Source of the DNA: Alphaproteobacteria bacterium
Lineage (GTDB): Bacteria > Pseudomonadota > Alphaproteobacteria > UBA7887
Length of the DNA: 64,000 bases
Assembly (NCBI GenBank): GCA_965216755.1
Contig: CBDCGL010000011.1
Span: 3,648,001-3,712,000, forward strand
Reading direction: 5' to 3'
Below are positions 57,769 through 64,000 of this stretch, piece after piece (the stretch's first letter is position 1; every line of letters starts with the position of its first letter). The position numbers and the translations under genes are program-made. Below the pieces are notes generated by a model that had not been told where the DNA came from, made no database searches, and saw nothing but the letters and a program-made list of their open reading frames with translations.

Positions 57769-59280
57769 TCATTCTGAATCGCTCAGGCGCAAGCCCAACG
57801 GCACGACCATGCGTTCGAAACCTTCAAATCCGCCTTGGACAAGTAAGGCGAGAACCGCTGCCGGCACGGCGCCTTGCAATATGAGTGGGATATCGTCCAA
57901 TCGGATGCCCGTCAGAATAGGCTGCCCGTAGCCGCCGGCTCCAATCAACGCGCCGAGAGTCGCTGTGCCGACATTGATGACCGCCGAGGTCTTGATGCCG
58001 GCGAGGATCGACGGTCCGGCCATGGGCAGGTCGACCAGCCGCAAGCGGGCGCCGGGCGATAGACCCAAGGCATCGGCCGATTCGGCGATGTCGTTGGGGA
58101 TATTGCCGAGACCGGCATGCGTGTTGCGGACGATTGGCAGCAGGCTGTAGAGAAACAGCGCCATCATCGCCGGCGGCCCGCCGATGCCCAGCAACGGGAT
58201 CATGAAGACGAACATCGCCAGCGACGGGATGGTCTGTACGATACCGACAATACTGATGATGATCTGACCAAACCGTGGCAATCGCGCGGCCACCACACCC
58301 AACGGAATCGCCAGTACGATCGCCGCCGAGAGCGATATTCCGACCAAAATCAGGTGATCGATGGTATTGCGCCATAGATCACCCAGCCAGCTTTGGGTTT
58401 CGACCGCGGCCGAAATCCGCAGTTGAGTCGTGAGGAAGTTGGCTGCGACCGCCGATTCCGCCGCCCCGTCAAGTTTCACTTGGGCGTTGAGACCCGACAT
58501 GGTCGCGGCATCGATCGCGCCTTCCAGCCGCGCGAAAAGATCCGCCGCCGCGGGCGCGCGATCGCGCAAGTCGTCGCGATAAAGGATGACGGCATTATAG
58601 GTCGGGAAGTGACCGAGATCGTCGTCCAGCACTTTCAACCCGTAATAGGCGATCTCAGCGTCGGTCGTGTAGACGTCCAAGGCGCCGATATCGCCCGAAT
58701 CGAGGGCACGATAGGCCAGGTCGTGGTCGAGCCCCGTCACGTCTGTTTGCGGCAGGCCATAGCGATCGCGCAAGCTCGGCCAACCATCGGCCCGATCCAT
58801 GAACTCGTTGCCGAAGCCGAAGACCAAGTCGGGATGGGCGGTCAGGTCTGAAATCCGTTCGATAGCGCGCGCGGCGGCCACGTCGGCCCGCATACCAACG
58901 GCGTATGTATTGTTGAAACCCAACGGTCGGGTCATGGTGACGCCGCTTGCGGCCAAGGCGGCCCGGATCTCGGCCTCTTCGATCAGGCCCTCGCCGGCCA
59001 AAATCTCGTGGCTGATGGTGCCGGTATATTCGGGATAAGCATCGATTTCGCCGGTCAACAACGCATCCCACAAGACGCGCGTGCCACCAAGTTGGCGGTG
59101 ATGCACCGCCGCGGCACCGCCGGCGCCAACCAGATGCGACAACATCTCGCCCAGAATCACGGATTCCGTGAAGGACTTGGACCCGATATCGATGGTTTCT
59201 TCGGCACGCGCGTCCGTGCTCGTGCCAGCGCCGCGCCCCCAGGCAAGAATAACGACCAAGGCGGCGCACAGGTATTTCAT
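57769..59280 (-). CDS. Osmoprotectant (glycine betaine/choline) ABC transporter, fused substrate-binding protein and permease
   Basis: IGSKSFTESVILGE, YPEYTGT, FNNTYA, QTIPSLA, EAA-like loop. Confidence 0.9.
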   Translation of the reverse strand: MKYLCAALVVILAWGRGAGTSTDARAEETIDIGSKSFTESVILGEMLSHLVGAGGAAAVHHRQLGGTRVLWDALLTGEIDAYPEYTGTISHEILAGEGLIEEAEIRAALAASGVTMTRPLGFNNTYAVGMRADVAAARAIERISDLTAHPDLVFGFGNEFMDRADGWPSLRDRYGLPQTDVTGLDHDLAYRALDSGDIGALDVYTTDAEIAYYGLKVLDDDLGHFPTYNAVILYRDDLRDRAPAAADLFARLEGAIDAATMSGLNAQVKLDGAAESAVAANFLTTQLRISAAVETQSWLGDLWRNTIDHLILVGISLSAAIVLAIPLGVVAARLPRFGQIIISIVGIVQTIPSLAMFVFMIPLLGIGGPPAMMALFLYSLLPIVRNTHAGLGNIPNDIAESADALGLSPGARLRLVDLPMAGPSILAGIKTSAVINVGTATLGALIGAGGYGQPILTGIRLDDIPLILQGAVPAAVLALLVQGGFEGFERMVVPLGLRLSDSE

Positions 59281-60050
59281 GGCGCCAAGTCCGCCAAGGT
59301 GTCGGCCAGGGTTCGTTGGGCGTTGACGAACTCTGCCACGAATGGTGTTGCCGGGCGTTTGACCAGGTCTTCGATGGCACCGGTTTGCACGATCGCGCCG
59401 TCGCGGATCAACACCAGGCGGTCGCCGAAAAAACCGGCTTCGCCAATGTCATGGGTAACCAGAATGACGGTCTTCCCGAGAGATTGAAAAATGTCACGCA
59501 AGTCGGTTTGCAAGCGGAACCGCACCATGGGGTCCAAGGCACCGAGCGGTTCGTCAAGAAACAGCACGTCCGGGTCCAACATCAACGCGCGCATCAAGGC
59601 CACGCGCTGGCGCTGGCCGCCCGAGAGCTGCGCGGGATAAGCGTCAATGCGATCGTCGGGATAATGCGTCAGGGTCGCAAGGGTGTCGACGCGGTCGCTA
59701 ATCCGTGATTCCGGCCAGCCGAGGTGGCGGGCCATCAGGGTGACATTGCCGCGCGCCGTCAGATGGGGAAACAATCCGCCGCCCTGGATCACGTAACCCA
59801 TGCGACGGCGCAATGCCGGAGCGGTCGCCGGCGTGATGTTGTGGTCTTGGAATTGGATAGTCCCGGCTTCAGGCTCGATCAGGCCCAACATCAACCGAAT
59901 CAAGGTTGATTTGCCGCAGCCGGACGGGCCGATTAAAACCGTTGTTCGGCCGGCAGGAATTTGCAGATCAAGGCCGCGCAAAACAGGCGCGGCACCGAAG
60001 CTTTTGGTGACGTTGGAGAGCGCAAACAACGTTGGGTCGGCTCCAGCCAT
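59277..60050 (-). CDS. ABC transporter ATP-binding protein (osmoprotectant)
   Basis: GPSGCGKST, LSGGQRQR, LDEPLGALD, VTHD. Confidence 0.92.
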   Translation of the reverse strand: MAGADPTLFALSNVTKSFGAAPVLRGLDLQIPAGRTTVLIGPSGCGKSTLIRLMLGLIEPEAGTIQFQDHNITPATAPALRRRMGYVIQGGGLFPHLTARGNVTLMARHLGWPESRISDRVDTLATLTHYPDDRIDAYPAQLSGGQRQRVALMRALMLDPDVLFLDEPLGALDPMVRFRLQTDLRDIFQSLGKTVILVTHDIGEAGFFGDRLVLIRDGAIVQTGAIEDLVKRPATPFVAEFVNAQRTLADTLADLAP

Positions 60051-60070
60051 GCGGCTAGAGTAACCCATTC

Positions 60071-61075
60071 TTATTCCAGGTGAAGGACCCCGTCTGGATA
60101 AAACGCATAAAAGGCAAACGCGAAATCAACGGCATATGCGGCATCTTGCCAGTCGCCGCTGGCGTTGCGGCGTTCGACGACAACATTGCCGACGTCTGTG
60201 CTGTCGGCAATCACCGAGGAGTCGAGAGCCGAATTTTGCCCAGGCGACCAAGACAGCCGTAGATCTTCGATGGTGATGGTCCCCGCCGCGCGGAGCAATT
60301 CGAGGCTCCAGCCCTGATCATCGACGCGCACCACGCGCGCCAAAGGTGCGATGCCTTCCGGCAATTCACCGCGATAGAGAAACGGTCGCGGCGCGGAGTC
60401 GTAGCCGGCGTAGGGGGTCGCCCCATAGGCGCGGGCGCCGCCCTGGTTGGGAACCAAGACTTGGCCGTCGGGTGCGCGCTGCTTGAAGTTGGCGAAGGAT
60501 TCCAAGCGCGCCGGAATGATGTCCAAGCGTGTGCCGGTCAATTCGCCGATTAATGCCTCGCCGACGAATTGTTGCCACCAGCTCTCAGTCTGACGGTCAT
60601 ACATGACCAGATCCGATTTGCGCAGGCGCCCAGTGGTGCCGAAATCCAGCACTTGGCCATCGACGCGGCGATCGAACACCAAGGCCGTGTTGCACAATGG
60701 GCAATAGGTGACCACCACGGGGCGGCCGCCGACCGTATCGTTGGCTATCTCGTGCCAAATCAACACACGCAATGGGTAGGCGCGGGCGTCACCATTGAGG
60801 ATCAATCCAACAACCGGCTCGCTGTCGGCAATGTCGGTGACTTGATCGACTGGAACGAAACGCGGGTCATCAATCGGCGGTATGCCATCGCGCGGCGGAC
60901 CACCCGACATAATTTCGTTCAAATCGATCGAGGTTTGCGAAAAGTCAGTCTTGGGGAACTCATTTTGGGCCAACCACAGCCAAGGCGGCTCATCCGCGCC
61001 AATGGCGCCGCCGCCCAACGGGGCCCAAAGCAGCAGAAAAGCCAGAAAAAGCGTACCGCGCAGCCTTTTTGACAT
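60071..61075 (-). CDS. DUF3179-family secreted protein
   Basis: SGGPPRDGIPPID.P, AYPL..LIWHEIAND, TYCPLCN, FGTTG.LR.SDLVMYDRQTESWWQQ. Confidence 0.88.
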   Translation of the reverse strand: MSKRLRGTLFLAFLLLWAPLGGGAIGADEPPWLWLAQNEFPKTDFSQTSIDLNEIMSGGPPRDGIPPIDDPRFVPVDQVTDIADSEPVVGLILNGDARAYPLRVLIWHEIANDTVGGRPVVVTYCPLCNTALVFDRRVDGQVLDFGTTGRLRKSDLVMYDRQTESWWQQFVGEALIGELTGTRLDIIPARLESFANFKQRAPDGQVLVPNQGGARAYGATPYAGYDSAPRPFLYRGELPEGIAPLARVVRVDDQGWSLELLRAAGTITIEDLRLSWSPGQNSALDSSVIADSTDVGNVVVERRNASGDWQDAAYAVDFAFAFYAFYPDGVLHLE

Positions 61076-61557
61076 TACATCGAATCCCGACATTTCACGG
61101 AGATCTCCAGTCTCTTATCAGTAGAAGGTTCGCAAATCAGGGACTAAATAAGGTGATAGCGGCTTCACCCACAAAATTCTATCGATAAGCTTCAATTTGT
61201 ATGATGCGGCCTCGCACAAGGTTGTGATCAATGAAGTTCACACGCTGTCCTCAATAATTCACACGAAACGGATAAAATTTGGTCATGCCCAGGTAATGTC
61301 ACCGCACAAAAACGAATAGCTTTGAACATTGGCAACATATACCTGTTTGCCATGATGTGAACACGGATCATTGATGCTAAAAAGATTTTCATAGGATATC
61401 TATGTCGTTAGCGTAGTGTTCTATGTGAAACATATTATATGGCCGATTTCAGTCATCTGATTCGAAGACCCTTGCTCTGCTTATAAAGATCTCAGTTTGA
61501 CATGTAATTGAGACCAACGTTATAAACCCTCAGCTAATAATTTATCGGGGGTCTAAT

Positions 61558-62088
61558 ATGGCACTATTGACGACGCGGGTGCCGCCAGCAAAACAACGAA
61601 AAAAACCTGGCACTGGCGCACGAAGGCGTTCACGGGACCTGACGCCGTTTGAAAATGGCCGAATCAAAGCCTTGGAGGCTTTAAGGCAATCTATCGAAGA
61701 CTTCGATCGTGGTTATGTTCGATCGAAGTGCTTTCGCGCCAAGTCGCCAACTTCTTTGGTCTATTGCGTAATGGTAAAAGTTGGCAATGCAAATTTGCCG
61801 ATCGACGGTGATGAAACACGTTACTATGTGTCATCCCGTGAACAAGTACGACAGGTGTTGGTTGATTTCTATCAGCAGATTAAGTCAGCGGCGCCGGACA
61901 GCGATTTGGGTCAAGCCATTGCCAAAGTTGCGGCCAAGGGCAGCCGCAGCGGATTTCGTGTGAGTGCCTTGGGCGCTATTTACAAGGATTTCGCGGAAAC
62001 CCACAATACGACGCTGGAGATTGCCAAGTCGTACTTTAAGAACAATCCCAAAGAGCTTGATGAAGCTCTTGCCAATCGCGGGGTCTAG
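61558..62088 (+). CDS. Hypothetical basic protein in a low-GC islet
   Basis: 176-aa ORF with a GGGGG RBS-like element and an AT-rich upstream region; Lys/Arg-rich N-terminus; no confident family. Confidence 0.65.
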   Translation: MALLTTRVPPAKQRKKPGTGARRRSRDLTPFENGRIKALEALRQSIEDFDRGYVRSKCFRAKSPTSLVYCVMVKVGNANLPIDGDETRYYVSSREQVRQVLVDFYQQIKSAAPDSDLGQAIAKVAAKGSRSGFRVSALGAIYKDFAETHNTTLEIAKSYFKNNPKELDEALANRGV

Positions 62089-62304
62089 CGAACCGCTCTA
62101 GGTCGAACATGATGGATCTATCGAGACGGGACCGGTTCCAGTCGACGACTGTTCCGGGACTACCGTGGAATTAGGCAGGTGAGGGCGGCCGCATAGTCAC
62201 AGCGACGAGCTAGGCCCGATGTGCCGCGCCACTGAAGATCTATAGCGGTAAGCTGCGGCCCATACGCTGCCTCTCAGTCTGGAAATCATTTAGATTGAGG
62301 TTGT

Positions 62305-62334
62305 AACGGCGCGCTTCGGCGCGTCGTTTTGTTT
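62305..62334 (+). terminator. Rho-independent terminator with a UUCG loop
   Basis: AACGGCGCGC-TTCG-GCGCGTCGTT followed by TTGTTT. Confidence 0.75.
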
Positions 62335-62502
62335 CGCTGGCAAGCTATCGACAAACCGCAAATGTAGTCCAATTGACGAAAGAACGAACTATCAAAGACT
62401 ATAGAAGATCATTCCAATTTCATGTGATTTACACGATGTACATAGAAAATCTTCGTATGACGTACGAACATATACGGAAAACCATTGAAATTGCTGAATG
62501 GA

Positions 62503-62542
62503 ACAAAAGAAAGATGGCGCTGTACGGATCCAGCGCCATCAT
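62503..62542 (-). terminator. Terminator of the puuD-like gene
   Basis: Minus strand GATGGCGCTG-GATCCGTA-CAGCGCCATC followed by TTTCTTTTGTT. Confidence 0.75.
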
Positions 62543-62565
62543 TCTAGGGATTCTAGGTGTTTGGG

Positions 62566-63063
62566 CTAATAAAGGTTCTGCGCACCAACCATGGCATAGA
62601 GCATGGGTACAGAAAGCATTGTATTGGTCCGCGAAAACAGCATCGCCGTGCGCGCGGCTGCCGCTTTCTCATCAGCTGGCACCTCAACCATGCCCAAGGC
62701 CTTCTTTTGGTTTGGCCAGATTACAAACCAAACATTGAAGGCCATGATCAGCCCCATCCACATACCAAATCCAATCAGTGCATGTTTGGCGACTCCATCA
62801 GCCAACCCGATCGCCAAGCCTTGACCCAGATAACCATTCAGGTAGGCCAACAAAAGCCCGAACAGAACCGTAAATACCGCACCCCATCGAAACCAGAACA
62901 GCGCCGCCGGCGCGATCACTTTTCCAATCGCCGGTTTTTGGTCGTCCGGGATCTTGGGCATGTTCGGAATTTGCACGAAATTGAAGTACCAAAGCAGCCC
63001 GATCCACATGACGCCGCTCAGCACGTGCAGCCAGCGAACAAAGAATATCAACCAAGGATCCAT
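62566..63063 (-). CDS. Urate hydroxylase PuuD-family membrane protein
   Basis: RWLHVLSGVMWIGLLWYFNFVQ, ALFWFRWGA, M.FNVWFVIWPNQKKALG, SRTNTMLS.PM. Confidence 0.85.
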   Translation of the reverse strand: MDPWLIFFVRWLHVLSGVMWIGLLWYFNFVQIPNMPKIPDDQKPAIGKVIAPAALFWFRWGAVFTVLFGLLLAYLNGYLGQGLAIGLADGVAKHALIGFGMWMGLIMAFNVWFVIWPNQKKALGMVEVPADEKAAAARTAMLFSRTNTMLSVPMLYAMVGAQNLY

Positions 63064-63106
63064 TGCCGTTGTCTCCCCCCTTCAGATGTCAGCACCTGGC
63101 CACCGA

Positions 63107-63202
63107 TCACGTACCAATCGCCAGCACCAGAAAGTGCATGACGATTGTGATGACGACGCCCAGGGCGATGGTCAAGGGAAGCGATTCCAGCGGGTTCTTC
63201 AT
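63107..63202 (-). CDS. 31-aa single-TM small protein upstream of the puuD-like gene
   Basis: Manual translation MKNPLESLPLTIALGVVITIVMHFLVLAIGT*. Strong RBS GGAGGT; below the ORF-track size cutoff. Confidence 0.65.
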   Translation of the reverse strand: MKNPLESLPLTIALGVVITIVMHFLVLAIGT

Positions 63203-63652
63203 GATCCGACCTCCACTCGAGTCCACTTGTGTCCGACGGCGCGGCGATGCCGATCCCGGACCAATGAGATCAACCGTGGTTCAGGCGAGGCCGCCGAACC
63301 GCATGACAAGTTGATCGATGACAGACAATTAGAACACGACACACAGGCCGAACGGCGCATGCTGTGCCCTCGCCGTCCGGCATTCTCATCCGCTCGGCGG
63401 TCCGGGGCAACCTCAAAAGACTCATGCGGCGCTCGGCTCAAACACGATAAAGCCGAACCCCGCATAACAGTGGGGCTCGGCAGTTCGTGATGCGAGGATC
63501 GAGTGGAGTGGAGACTCGACAGGGCGTAAACTAGAGATCTCGGCCCGATCCGCTTTAACATGGGTTTATCGGCCGAAGATTTTGCCGCGGTTTCGCGGCT
63601 TTGTCGTCGCGCGCGGATGGGTGCGCACAAGCGCACGTTGGAGGAGCATATA

Positions 63653-64000
63653 ATGACGCCCGCTGACTTGGATCGCACCTTGCCGCCTGTTTCACCGGGT
63701 GCACCGCCGCCATCAACCGGTGCGGGTGCCTTTCGGTTTTTCGACAATCGCGAGAAATATTTGCTGTTCGTAACCACGTGCAGCGAGAAGACCGTGGTGG
63801 CTGGGCGGATTGGCCACGAACTTGATCACGTCAAGCCCAGGCAGCCGGGCTTGCGGGTGTTTGATGCCGGCATGGGCGATGCCACGGTGCTGACCGCGGT
63901 GTTGCGGAATCTTCACGCCCGGTTTCCGCGCGTGCCCGTCATGGTCTTGGCAAAGGAAGTCAGTTTGGAGGACGTCCGACTCAGCCTCGACAAAATGGCA
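63653..64000 (+). CDS. Conserved hypothetical protein, SAM-dependent methyltransferase-like (partial)
   Basis: RBS GGAGGAG. MTPADL...FRFFDNREKYLLFVTTCSEK...LRVFDAGMGDATVL (motif I-like). Open to the end of the window. Confidence 0.75.
   Translation, partial: MTPADLDRTLPPVSPGAPPPSTGAGAFRFFDNREKYLLFVTTCSEKTVVAGRIGHELDHVKPRQPGLRVFDAGMGDATVLTAVLRNLHARFPRVPVMVLAKEVSLEDVRLSLDKMA

Noticed and set aside
62373-62738. ORF MTKERTIKDY...
   Set aside because: TTG start with no clear RBS; it runs through the puuD terminator and antisense into puuD.
63203-63652. Purine/xanthine riboswitch upstream of puuD (hairpin GCCGAACCCCGC...GTGGGGCTCGGC near 63452-63481)
   Set aside because: A hairpin is present, but I could not match any riboswitch consensus by eye. 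It needs an Rfam scan.

Overview
GC-rich chromosomal window from an alphaproteobacterium; GcrA, the ParA/partner pair and the abundant TRAP transporters suggest a Rhodospirillales-like organism. It is mostly densely packed metabolic and transport genes. No rRNA, tRNA, CRISPR array, integrase or transposase was seen. Main contents: (1) 1-7683, a phosphonate biosynthesis operon (pepM-NTP transferase fusion, ppd, cytidylyltransferase, CDP-alcohol phosphotransferase) with HpnN- and HpnL-like lipid-trafficking genes inside it; (2) a GNAT that closely resembles Streptomyces Bar/Pat; (3) a decayed cytochrome c / P460 / outer-membrane-protein patch; (4) an SdpA-like dioxygenase-enolase-haloacetate dehalogenase cluster; (5) a sigma54-driven, terminator-bounded pair of paralogous secreted Gly/Ala/Asn/Asp-rich proteins with Fap-like ends, a candidate functional amyloid or fibre; (6) a TPP riboswitch with a thiY-like gene; (7) gcrA-parA-partner; (8) an orphan encapsulated-ferritin-type gene divergent from an H-NOX / HNOBA-GGDEF-EAL pair; (9) an orphan nosR/nosX-like pair; (10) three dispersed 82-83 bp AT-rich inverted-repeat elements (REPIN/MITE-like); (11) a low-GC islet with an orphan ORF followed by a candidate structured RNA. 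All family assignments come from motif recognition by eye, not from database searches.
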